A DNA stretch of 63,037 bases, filler included, from Octopus bimaculoides (lineage: Eukaryota): the NCBI RefSeq assembly GCF_001194135.2. It is 8 parts of 8 records of this genome, joined end to end, with 100 filler letters (N's around TTAATTAATTAA, not from the genome) between each part and the next. Parts side by side here need not be neighbours in the genome. Positions count along the whole stretch, not along the records: positions 6,415 to 30,813 come from NC_069007.1; positions 30,914 to 33,246 come from NW_026324361.1; positions 33,347 to 39,318 come from NC_068981.1; 5 more parts are not named here. One strand, written 5' to 3'. Shown one piece after another: positions 25,805 to 37,405 of the stretch; positions within the stretch are counted from its first letter, which is position 1, and each line of letters begins with the position of its first letter. The notes under the pieces were generated by a model. The model saw nothing but the letters and a program-made list of their open reading frames with translations, ran no database searches and was not told the DNA's origin. The position numbers and the translations under genes are program-made.

Positions 25805-26010
25805 AGGCAGCAGTAAGCTGGCGGAAATGTAAGCACACAACGCAAACTGTTTAGCAGCATTTCTTCTGGTTCTTTAGATACTGAGTTCGAATCTCACCAA
25901 GATTAACTTAGCTTTTATCACTTGGGAATTGATAAAAAAAAAGTGTACCAGTCAAGTACTGGGGTCAATGTAATCAACTTGTTCCCTCCCCTCAAAATTA
26001 TTGGCTGGAC
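25805..26010 (+). mobile_element. SINE family A, diverged
   Basis: GAGTTCGAATCTCACC B-box; GTACCAGTCAAGTACTGGGGTCAATG body. Confidence 0.75.
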
Positions 26011-26351
26011 ACTACGACAGACCAGTGTTCCATTCAAAGTTATGTTCGGATCCCAGTCACTTATAAGCCATGGAAACTAGGGAACCAATCTTATGACCCC
26101 TAGGCTATAGTAGAAGACACTTGCCCAAGGTGCCACGCAGTGGGACTGAACTGAGAACCATGTGGTTGGAAAGCAAACTTCTTACCATACAGCATTGCCC
26201 ACACCAGTCTTATGCAAGGTAAAAAAAAAATACCTGGAACAGGGTTTGAACTCATAATATATTCACCTGTTGTCCAACCACGTTTTGCAATTATATTGTT
26301 ATGTTTTTTCTCACCTCTCTTAAACCAAAGCAAAAAAATCTGTCTCTCTTT

Positions 26352-26393
<42 letters not shown>

Positions 26394-27009
26394 TTATCTA
26401 TCTCTCTCTCACATCCATCCATTCTGTAAGTTTCAGGGCAGTTGCCAATGAGAGCACCTCTCACAAATTGGTAAATTGCCCATTTTGAAACACTAAACAA
26501 ATTAAGTCTTTGTGTTTTGGGTTTTTTGCCAATTAAGATCAATAAGTTTTCAACAATTATCTTTCAGTCTTGGAGACGATTTTCTTCATTTGCTTGACAT
26601 GACTGTCATAATTAAACATATTAGCAATACCTAATGATCATTAAGTCCAATGGCTGTGGAGTCAGGAATGCTTGATTACAAACAGTGTGATGATGAGTTC
26701 AAATGGTACTGTTGCCGTTGTTGTATCCTGACTAAGGTGCCTGCTGGGCAAGGAACAGAATCAAACTTGCTGTAGTAGAACTGTCTGATAAAAAAGCAAA
26801 AACAAAAACAGGTTTCCCATCTACTTCATAGTTGAGTGCTTAGCACTAGGAAGTATATATAGCTGTGAAAACAATCACTTGAATAACAAGTAAGTACTAT
26901 ATATTAGTATGAATGAATTAACTGCAAAGATTTACAATGTAAAGTGATATGGCAAATACACACACAGACTCATTGTGAGTGTGTAGGTAGAAGTATAAAG
27001 CTTCCTTCT

Positions 27010-27165
27010 TGAGTCAGGTCAACTCATAAGGGCCAGTTTCCATGACATGCATATTCCCCACCTAGATGGGATGCCGGTCTGTTGCAGGATTACTCATATT
27101 TGCCAGCTGAGTGGACTGGAGCAATGTGAAATGAAGTGTTTTGCTCAAGAACACAATATGCCAGC
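27010..27165 (-). mobile_element. CORE-type SINE fragment
   Basis: GCCAGCTGAGTGGACTGGAGCAATGTGAAATGAAGTGTTTTGCTCAAGAACACAA; matches 32715-32957. Confidence 0.75.
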
Positions 27166-27382
27166 CAGTTCAGGGACCAATAAGGGCTGCAATAAGGGTG
27201 GATCACTTGCATAAAACAGCAATGCTTGGAACTGCTTGAATACTCCGGAAGGTGCTTGAAAAATAAGGGGTGTTACCTTAGTTCACTGGTAGTGAACAGC
27301 TGACACTGTGGTACATCTCCAGCGTTAGAAGCTGTGCAAAGACAAGAAATAATAATAATAATAATAATAATAATCCTGTCTA

Positions 27383-27586
27383 CTAAAAGTACAAGGCCTG
27401 AAATTTGGGGGGAGGGGACTAGTCGATTACATCAACCCCAGTGTTTCACTGGTATTCAATTTATTGACCCCAAAAGGATGAAAGACAAAGTTGACCTCGG
27501 TGGAATTTGAACTCAGAACGTAGCAATGGGTGAAATACCACTAAGCATTTTGCCCAGTGTGCTAATGATTCTGCTAGCTAGCTGTC
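27383..27586 (-). mobile_element. SINE family A between (TAA)n runs
   Basis: Full family body and head. Confidence 0.85.
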
Positions 27587-27921
27587 ATAATAATAATAAT
27601 AATATGTATACAGTGAGTTTCTTTGCCCTAGGTGTCATGAAGACACTTGGCAATAAATGGAAACAAAACTGCAAGAAGAAAAACTCATAATAATAATGAT
27701 GATGATGATGATGATGACGATGACAATGATGATGACGATGATGATTTTCTTTTTTTTATTAACCATAGGGCATTGACTGAAGGGGATATTTCAAGGACAA
27801 ATGATAATTGTAAGATAACCATGAAGAATACAGAAGGAAAACGAAAGAAGAAAAGAAACAAGAAGACAGGAGACAAAGAAATCAATAAGAAAACAAGATA
27901 GATAGCGACAGATAGAGGGAA

Positions 27922-27960
<39 letters not shown>

Positions 27961-28967
27961 GGAAGGAAGAAAGAAAGAAGTAGCAAATGTCGAAATAGGA
28001 TTAAACATTTTCATTTCCCAACATGGAACTGTGCTAAGTTGTTGTAAGACTGACGAGAATTCTTCAGACAATGCAGAGCAAAGATTGGGAAATGAATGGA
28101 AGGGGGGAAGAAAAAAAAAACCCAACAAAGAACAGACATGGAATCCAGACCGATTGTACTGAGCACAATTATAGAAGAGCAGGAGTGGAGAATGGAAGTG
28201 TGGTGGGTGGGTGTTAGTGCTACGATGGAGTGGTTGAAGAACGGCAGTTGCAGAGTCTAATGGAACATCTGAGAGCATTTTTGAGAAATGTCCAATGGCA
28301 ATCGCTGCCTCTTCTGTTGTCAGTTCATATTGACGATGCAACATAAGTTCTTCCTTATACATACATACACACATACATAAATATATATATATATGTATGC
28401 ACACAGACGTACATATATATATATAAACATATACAAATATATATATATATATATCTATGTATGTATATATGCATATATATGTGTAAAAAGGTTGAATTAT
28501 ATTTCGTCCTTCAATTTGGAGGATTCCAAAAGAAGATTTCTAATATAGATTCTCCATATTTTGCTGGGAGCTTACTGGCGCAAGTTTGCGAATATGGAAA
28601 TAATACTTGTATACGGTGTGTTATGTGAATTTATGGAAAGGAATCCCATAAAACTCAACAATTTTGTTAAAAATGGAGAAGAGAAGATGTCACAATTTAA
28701 AATTCTCTTAAATTTTAACATCTCTTCTCCACTTTTAACAAATTTGTATATATACATATGTATATATNNNNNNNNNNNNNNNNNNNNNNNNNNNNNNNNN
28801 NNNNNNNNNNNNNNNNNNNNNNNNNNNNNNNNNNNNNNNNNNNNNNNNNNNNNNNNNNNNNNNNNNNNNNNNNNNNNNNNNNNNNNNNNNNNNNNNNNNN
28901 NNNNNNNNNNNNNNNNNNNNNNNNNNNNNNNNNNNNNNNNNNNNNNNNNNNNNNNNNNNNNNNNNNN

Positions 28968-29265
28968 CACCTGCGAACCCATGGAAAACAAACCTCATCC
29001 AGCTATTCTGATTATATGTCTGTGCACACGTTTGAATGTGGTGTGTGCCAGAGGGTTTGCAAATCCAATGGGGGTCTTAAAAGACATGTTAGGATCCACA
29101 ATGAGCAGAACTTACTTGCAGGTATTGGTAGTGCAAATCAGTGGTGCAATCTGTGTGGGTGTTTTTTCAAAACACTGTCTGGTTTAAAAAGCCACATCAG
29201 ACGCCATGAAAGGGCTAAGGTGTAGGTGCAGGAGGTGGTCAAACTCTGTTTAAGGAGTAGACAAC
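28968..29265 (+). mobile_element. 3' end of a LINE (RTE-like) ORF with tandem C2H2 zinc fingers and short 3' UTR
   Basis: ..HLRTH, CGVCQRVCKSNGGLKRHVRIH, CNLCGCFFKTLSGLKSHIRRH, stop at 29223-29225, then ~45 bp ending GTAGACAACCACCA and a (TA)n run. 5' part lost in a gap. Confidence 0.6.
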
Positions 29266-29267
29266 CA

Positions 29268-29306
<39 letters not shown>

Positions 29307-29401
29307 AATAATTGTTACATGTTATTTACAGATAAATTCCTCTATTTACATAATATCAAGGTTTCTTTCTTTTGTTGTCTTACCTTTTCTATCAATATAT
29401 A

Positions 29402-29770
29402 AGATTGGCACTTTCTTACACAGCTGTCCTCATCCATATGCATCACATGACCATACCAGCACAGTCTTCTCTCTTGCACACCACATCTGATTCCTCATAT
29501 GCCTAACTTTTCTCTCAAGATGCTTACACTTTGTTGAGCATGTACACTGACATTGCACATCCAGTGAAGCATTACTGGCTTCATTTCTCTCAAGTCTACA
29601 CATGTCCTCGGCTGTAACAGCCCATGTTTCATTGCCATGCAGCATAGCTGTTTGCACACAGGCATCAAGCAATCTGCCTTTCACTCAGAGAGAGAGGCCC
29701 TTTGTTGTCAGCTGGGATAGGAGCTCTCTGAACTTTGTCCAGCCTATTCTTATTCTCACAGCACCTTCCT
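29402..29770 (-). pseudogene. RTE-clade LINE reverse-transcriptase C-terminal fragment, frameshifted
   Basis: KGRLLDACVQTAMLHGNETWAVTAEDMCRLERNEAS then ..WYGHVMHMDEDSCVRKC; typical RTE LYGSETW..RLRWYGHV.RM motif. Confidence 0.85.
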
Positions 29771-29789
29771 CATACAAAAGTTAGTTTCC

Positions 29790-30110
29790 CTGTTAACCTT
29801 CCCTTACTTAGCGGTCATTCTAATGGCTTTTTTGTCTTAATAACGGTCAATCACACAGTAATTTCCCTTGTTTAATGGTCATTTCCCTAAGAATTTTTCA
29901 TAGCACTTTTCAATGGCCAGATAACTGAAGAGATGGCGGTGTGGGTTTCCGCCCCGGCATCCAAAACTCAGAGTTTTATCATGGTTACCGAATAAGTGTC
30001 ACATATTTTTACAGGTTCCTGGATTAGTTATGTTTAATAAGAAATAACTTATTTACGCAAGTTTTAAGATCTTTTCCTTTGAAATAGTTGCCTCATACAG
30101 CAATATACCA
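29790..30110 (+). mobile_element. Probable Penelope-like terminal-repeat remnant with decayed hammerhead (29920-29979)
   Basis: GATAA-CTGAAGA-GATG..CATC-CAAA-CTCAGAG-T-T-TTATC fold; flank boundaries approximate. Confidence 0.45.
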
Positions 30111-30779
30111 CTTTTGTATATGTATATATATATATATATATATTGTGTGTGTGTATGCCTTATATCACATCTAAAAATACTGTATGTGCAAGTAACCAAC
30201 AGGGTATGTGTGTGTGCCAGTATTTCAGTGTATACGTTTCATTGTGCGTTACACATCAGTCAGAAGAAGCGTGGGGGAAAGGGGGGGAGAGGGTGGATGC
30301 TGAAACAAGCCATTGTGAGAGCCAACTTTCACACAAGATGCAGTGGGAGGTTTGACCAACTGACAGAAAAGATGCACTTTAAATGCACCATGCAAATATG
30401 GTGCACTTTGCAGGATTTTATGCTGAATAAAGCATCTACTACTGTTACTGTATTGTATAACGGTTGGTGTCTGCATGAATGTGTGTGCGTGTGTGTGTGT
30501 GTGTGTGTGCGTATGAGTACTGGAGTAAATAGACACACACACAGATATATATATGCACAAACATATGCACATATCTTAAGTATACATGTGTATATATATT
30601 TGTGCTGTGAGTTAATGTGTGTGGGTGTGTGTGCATATATATATATATATATATGTCAAGAGAGCATAAGTGTTTTCTTATCTACATACACATACAAATG
30701 CATATATATATATACACACACATACATGTACATAAATATATGTACAGAAACACATACATACCATACCTACATAAATCTC

Positions 30780-30813
<34 letters not shown>

Positions 30814-31194
30814 NNNNNNNNNNNNNNNNNNNNNNNNNNNNNNNNNNNNNNNNNNNNTTAATTAATTAANNNNNNNNNNNNNNNNNNNNNNNNNNNNNNN
30901 NNNNNNNNNNNNNATGTATGTATGTATGTATGTATGTATGCGTCTATGTGTATGTGTGTGCATATGTATACGTGTGAGTGCGAGTGCGTTGAATGCAGCA
31001 GATTCCCTTCGATATAATCTCAGGCTTAATCTTACGAAGTGCTCAAGAAACGATTAACACTAAGTTCGTGTATTTAGAGTTGTAACATTAATGATAAATA
31101 TGGAAGAGAGGTGATTATCTCAGGAAGAAAAAAAACCTTCTCAAACAGACGCATATAAAAGTAGTTATATAGCGCAGCGACAGCTCCTGTTTCG

Positions 31195-31502
31195 CATTTC
31201 TTTATTGCCCACAAGGGGCTAAACATAGAGGGGGCAAACAAGGACAGACAAAGGGATTAAGTCGATTACATCGACCCCAGTGCGTAACTGGTACTTAATT
31301 TATCGACTCCGAAAGGATGAAAGGCAAAGTCGACCTCGGCGGAATTTGAACTCAGAACGTAATAGCAGACGAAATACCGCTAAGCATTTCGCCCGGCGTG
31401 CTAACGTTTGTTATTTCTTTATTGCACACAAGGGGCTAAACATAGAGGGGACAAACAAGGACAAACGAACGGCGTGCTAACGTTTCTACCTGCCCGCCGC
31501 CT
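31195..31502 (-). mobile_element. SINE family A variant with a nested 60-bp self insertion
   Basis: Full body; tail copy at 31410-31469 flanked by a 16-bp direct repeat CGGCGTGCTAACGTTT. Confidence 0.85.
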
Positions 31503-31806
31503 TGCCAAAGTACTTAATACAGTAACCCATGTGTTGCAGAAACTCAATGTATTGGCTTCGAAGTATGATAATCTTACAACTGACTAAAACATTCGTTTCG
31601 CAAACTATTTTTCTACAAGTACGTCTTTGCATGATTTTTACACTTGAACTATTTACAAAAATCATTACTTTCAATGCTGTTTATTTTCTCCACTACAGAA
31701 ACTGACGTTTGTATCAAGATCTGTCTTGATGTCACATCTTCAGAGTATACATTTCTCAATAAATAACCCTTAAAAAGATGCCTTGTTTGTGTATAAAATT
31801 CTGTGG

Positions 31807-31880
<74 letters not shown>

Positions 31881-32714
31881 NNNNNNNNNNNNNNNNNNNN
31901 NNNNNNNNNNNNNNNNNNNNNNNNNNNNNNNNNNNNNNNNNNNNNNNNNNNNNNNNNNNNNNNNNNNNNNNNNNNNNNNNNNNNNNNNNNNNNNNNNNNN
32001 NNNNNNNNNNNNNNNNNNNNNNNNNNNNNNNNNNNNNNNNNNNNNNNNNNNNNNNNNNNNNNNNNNNNNNNNNNNNNNNNNNNNNNNNNNNNNNNNNNNN
32101 NNNNNNNNNNNNNNNNNNNNNNNNNNNNNNNNNNNNNNNNNNNNNNNNNNNNNNNNNNNNNNNNNNNNNNNNNNNNNNNNNNNNNNNNNNNNNNNNNNNN
32201 NNNNNNNNNNNNNNNNNNNNNNNNNNNNNNNNNNNNNNNNNNNNNNNNNNNNNNNNNNNNNNNNNNNNNNNNNNNNNNNNNNNNNNNNNNNNNNNNNNNN
32301 NNNNNNNNNNNNNNNNNNNNNNNNNNNNNNNNNNNNNNNNNNNNNNNNNNNNNNNNNNNNNNNNNNNNNNNNNNNNNNNNNNNNNNNNNNNNNNNNNNNN
32401 NNNNNNNNNNNNNNNNNNNNNNNNNNNNNNNNAATTGTTGATTTTTCAAGCAGATGACGTCTCTGAGTAGTAACCTCAGCGTTTAGAGTTTGTTTGATTT
32501 TTAAATCAAATGTATATTTATTTTTTATACAGCGTGAGACAAAAATCACCGAGGGCTCTGAAATTATAATAAATTTTAATATCGATATTTTGGCTTTAAG
32601 CCTCTCTCTTCAGAAAATAGAAATCGGAGAACTGATGTGAGCAACGTTTTCTACTCTGTACTGAGTGCGGAGTGGCGAAAGCTTTGTATGCGCATGATAT
32701 ATAAATAAATGCGC

Positions 32715-32957
32715 CCTTTAAAGCCTAGCCAAGCTCATGGGCCCGGTTTCCCGGTTTCAATGGCGTATGTGTTCCCCAGCTGGACGGGAAGCCAGTCCAT
32801 CGAAGCGTTACTCATATTTGCAAGCTGAGTGGACTGGAGAAACGTGAATTGAAGAGTTTTGCTCAAGAACACAACGCGTCGCCCGGTCCAGGAATCGAAA
32901 CCACAACATTACACTCATAGTGCTGAGACCCTAACCACTAAGCCACGCGCCTCCACA
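32715..32957 (-). mobile_element. CORE-type SINE (OR2-like), near full length
   Basis: Minus head GGAGGCGCGTGGCTTAGTGGTTAGGG (A box), GGTTTCGATTCC (B box), CORE-like segment. Confidence 0.8.
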
Positions 32958-33346
32958 TGCGCATGATAGCTTTGCTATAATAACCAATTAGCTACGTGCA
33001 GCTCGGGTCTGTTGTTAATTCGGGGCTTGGTCTTGCTAATGATAATGGCTTCGTTTATTCTCAAGAACCAATGTTTCGTTCTGTGGTAGGAATGGAAACC
33101 TGAATGCCTTCAGTGTAATATTTTTGCAGGTATTTTTTCAACGGAAGAAACATCAACACACTCGTATCTGAGAGTACTTCTAATGTATGCACGTGTATAT
33201 ATATATATGTATACACACACATACATACATACATACATACATACATNNNNNNNNNNNNNNNNNNNNNNNNNNNNNNNNNNNNNNNNNNNNTTAATTAATT
33301 AANNNNNNNNNNNNNNNNNNNNNNNNNNNNNNNNNNNNNNNNNNNN

Positions 33347-33382
<36 letters not shown>

Positions 33383-34228
33383 GTGTGTGTGTTCGTATGT
33401 ATATCTGAGCGTGAGTTTTGACGTGGATGTGTATATAAATATGCATATATGAATTTATTGGAGTAAATGTGGGTCTGTTTGTGTATATATATGCGCATAC
33501 ACATAAGTATAAGTGTTTATATACATTCATCTCAATATTTTCATAGAAACACAGTATTAACACCATTTATAATGCCTTTTTATTACATTCCTCTCCCAAA
33601 AAATTTTTTTACTGGATTTATATCATCCCATATACTCCCAAATCTACACTCTGAATTTTCCTTCTCTCTCTCTCTCTTCTCTTTTTGTTTCTTTTTTTTT
33701 TCTCTTCCTTTCTTGTCCAACGTACTATCTGGTAGCGTCCACATCTCTAACGGTTTTTTCAAATGAATTACGTTATAACCTTATCCAACTATAGTTCTCA
33801 TACTCGGTCATAATGTCTTAAGTTTAAGATGGTTCCCATACATTCCCTGAGGAGAAATTTACATTTTTAACATCGACGATTCCTATGGATCGCATAAATT
33901 GTAATTCTTCGAAACATATGTCGGAATAAAGTATGCAGTTATAACATGCGTTTACTCCATTCCTTAAATTTATATATACTCAAATACTCAAAATATCAAG
34001 GAGTTTCTGCCTCACAAACAGGAATTACACCACAGTTATTTTGTGATCTTTGCTACCCTGGTTTCTATTAACCCATTTATTATATCCAAATTATTATTAA
34101 TTAGAATAAAATAAATACATATAATTAAATATATATATATACATATACATATGCATATATACATATATATATATACATATAGATGTACATACATATATAT
34201 ACGTATATATATATGCACACATGCATAT

Positions 34229-34273
<45 letters not shown>

Positions 34274-34899
34274 GACATATATATATACATACATACATAT
34301 ATATATAGATACATATATATATATATATACATATATATACATACATATATATATACATATATATATATACATATATCATCATTCGAATATCTTCTATTAA
34401 AAATATTCAATTTCATTTTGAAAAATTTACGTGCGCAAATTTTTTTCGTTTGCACGCTAGTTATAAATGATATGCCTGTGCAGAAGCAAACGGCTGAGAA
34501 GAGAAACTGCTGAGAAATTCAAAAGAAAATAAGAACAGAAATATTCTAGGCCAGATATGGGTCTTTTAAAAATGTGGAAAATATATCCTAAATTATAACA
34601 AATTTGATGTTTCTGTTAATGAATATTTGAGTATTAGTACAGACATTCAGATATAACACAAGCCTCATTCCATCTCCTAGCTCTTTTAAGAAAACATAAC
34701 ACTATGTTATTTATAGTAATACTACGTTGAGTCAAAAGTTTTTCCGGATTTTCACTGACGATTTTTGCCGAGTTGTATCTTCATGTTATATCATTAATTT
34801 GAGACAACTTGTTTTCTAATCGTTGCTAAATGGTTTATTCTTTACTTTCGTAAAGAATATATAGACATTGATGGTTTAGTCTTAATTTTACAGCTTTGA

Positions 34900-35935
34900 T
34901 AATCAGAGGTTAAAAAATTGCAATTAGAGCCATTATGGAAAAAAAAAAAAAAAGAATTGATTGATTGCAAGGCCAGCAGCTAAAGAAATTAATGAAGTAG
35001 AACACCTAGTAACTATCAACAAATGTGTGGTACAAAAATGGTTCAAACGTTTCTAGAAAGGTGACACCAGTTTTGAAAACAAAAGAAGATCAAGGAGACC
35101 TTCTGTTGTCGAAGATGAGGCCTTGTTTGAAATGGTTGAATAACAATCAATCACAAGCACTCGTACATTGTCGGCATAACTTGGCCCTTCACAAAATACC
35201 ATCTATCAACATCTCCATAAACTCAGCCTTGTGAACAGACGTTGTCGAGAAGCTCCTCATTAATTGACCAATGACCAGGTTTAACGACGTGTGAATATTT
35301 CCAAACAACTGCTCGTAAATCCTCGAGATATCCGTTTTTTTTTTGGCGTCGAGTTGTTACTGAGTATGAAAAAAAGATCTATTTTTGTAATCCTAATTAG
35401 AGAAGTCAGTAGCTTCGTTCATGCCAGGCTTTAGAACCTGCCTACAAGCAAGAGCGGTTTGAACAGGAGGTCATGTATGTTTGGTGTAATTTCGAGGAGG
35501 TGTTGTACTTTGAGCTTATTCCAGATGATCATGTTATGGATGCTAACCTTTTTGCTCAAAAATTACAGTGAGTATATGATGCTTTGAAAGCTTGCTACGC
35601 AGTGCTGGTCCATCGAAGACTCGCGCTCTTACAGCATGCCAGTTCCCCAGCACACACTTCCAATATGACCGACGCAAGCTTGAGGAACTTGGAGCGCTGG
35701 TAGTGTTGCCTCACTTACCTACAGTGCAGACGTTGCACTATCAGATCACAGTCTTTTCCGTGTCATGGCTCATTTACTGCAGGGATTGAGGTTCAACAAT
35801 GTGTATGAGGTTGAAAATAGGTGCATGGAGATTTTTGACTCTAAACCAGCCATATGTTTCAAGCGTGGAATTGAACTTCTGGCACAACGATAGCAACAGA
35901 TAATAGAATATGATGGGATATATTTTGACGAATAA
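34900..35935 (+). pseudogene. Mariner (DD34D-type) transposase pseudogene; element ~34722-36010
   Basis: VVQKWFKRF*KGDTSFENKRRSRRPS, REAPH*LT, RRVVTEYEK, PHLP/YSPDVALSDHSLF, GIELLAQR*QQIIEYDGIYFDE*; many stops; short TIR remnant TGAGTCAAA (34728) / TTTGACTCA (35995). Confidence 0.9.
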
Positions 35936-37201
35936 ACATTTTTCGTATGTAATTTGTCTGAACTGTAAATTAAAGGTTGAAATACAGTAACACATTTGAC
36001 TCAGCCTGCTAAATGACCAGAAGAGCTCTATCCACCGTTAATAATTGTCTATGTAACACATGAAACATTATATACGTGGCACATAAATGTCTTCAACCTG
36101 ATACTGTTATCTTAATCAGTGTACATGTTGTTTCCAGTGTATTTAATGTTTAACTTTACATACATTCTACATATATACACACATACACATACATATAAGT
36201 GTGCTGTTAAACTTTACTTGAGCCAATATCATTTATATGTAATAATATTAAGATAAATTTCAATATGATGCCACACGAGTTTCGTGTTACATAGACAATC
36301 AATCATGGGGGAATGTTGACCTCATTCATACATATTTGATTTATGGTGTTACGTATTTTCTATAAAAGGAACGGAAAGTAATAAAACCAGAAAGACTTTC
36401 AAAATGCACTAAATACATATGCTTCACGGCAGCAGTATAAGTGATTTCCAACCTCGTTGAACTATCAATATTTCCATTACACAAGTTAATCAGCCCTAAT
36501 ACCAGATACTTGTGAATCGGGATCTCGTTCCACACAGAATCAAGGCATGGCTTTCTAAATCTCTAGAAGGATTTATATAATGAAATTGACATTAAGATTG
36601 ATTGAGTTCGAGTGTAGAAGAATTTAAAAGTTTCATAAACTTTACTATACGGTGTTGATATATGAAAAGTAAAGTCATTATTATCATGCTGCATGTTTTG
36701 GGATATAGCTAATTGAAAAATAATATGATTATAGTTAAATAGCTAAATATTCTGGGAGCACAACAAGTTATTTGCAAAGTTACTAAAAAAAATAACGTTA
36801 TGAGACAGCAAATATACTTGCGCACGCACACAGACATGCAAAGAAATACGCATAAATATAGACAAAAGAAAAAGAGAGGCAGACAACACGGAGAAAGATG
36901 ATATAAAGAACACCCTAACACACAGAAGCATACACATGCACACACACGTACGCGCACACACATAGATACATATACGCATATGTATATATATATATATGTA
37001 TTTATATACGTATAAGAGAAATGTACGGCGTGTCATGTTAATACAGACGGATGTTTTAGTCTCGCTGTGAAAAATAAACACTGTGGTTAGCCACACATGT
37101 TTTTCTGTCTGTGGCCAGAAGGAGTTCGACATGACTAGTTTCAGCTTGTGTAAGGGAGCCTGCCATTAATTGCAAGACATCTTGACTTTGTTACGAAAGC
37201 T

Positions 37202-37342
<141 letters not shown>

Positions 37343-37405
37343 CATAAAAAACACATAAACGTTTAGCACGTTGGACAAAATGTTTGGTATACAAAATGTT
37401 TGGTA

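Noticed and set aside
32575-32617. Minus-strand CTGAAGA..GGCT/AGCC..AAAATATCGATATT hammerhead-like string
   Set aside because: Needs a 4-nt insertion, G12A and U17 together; too many deviations.
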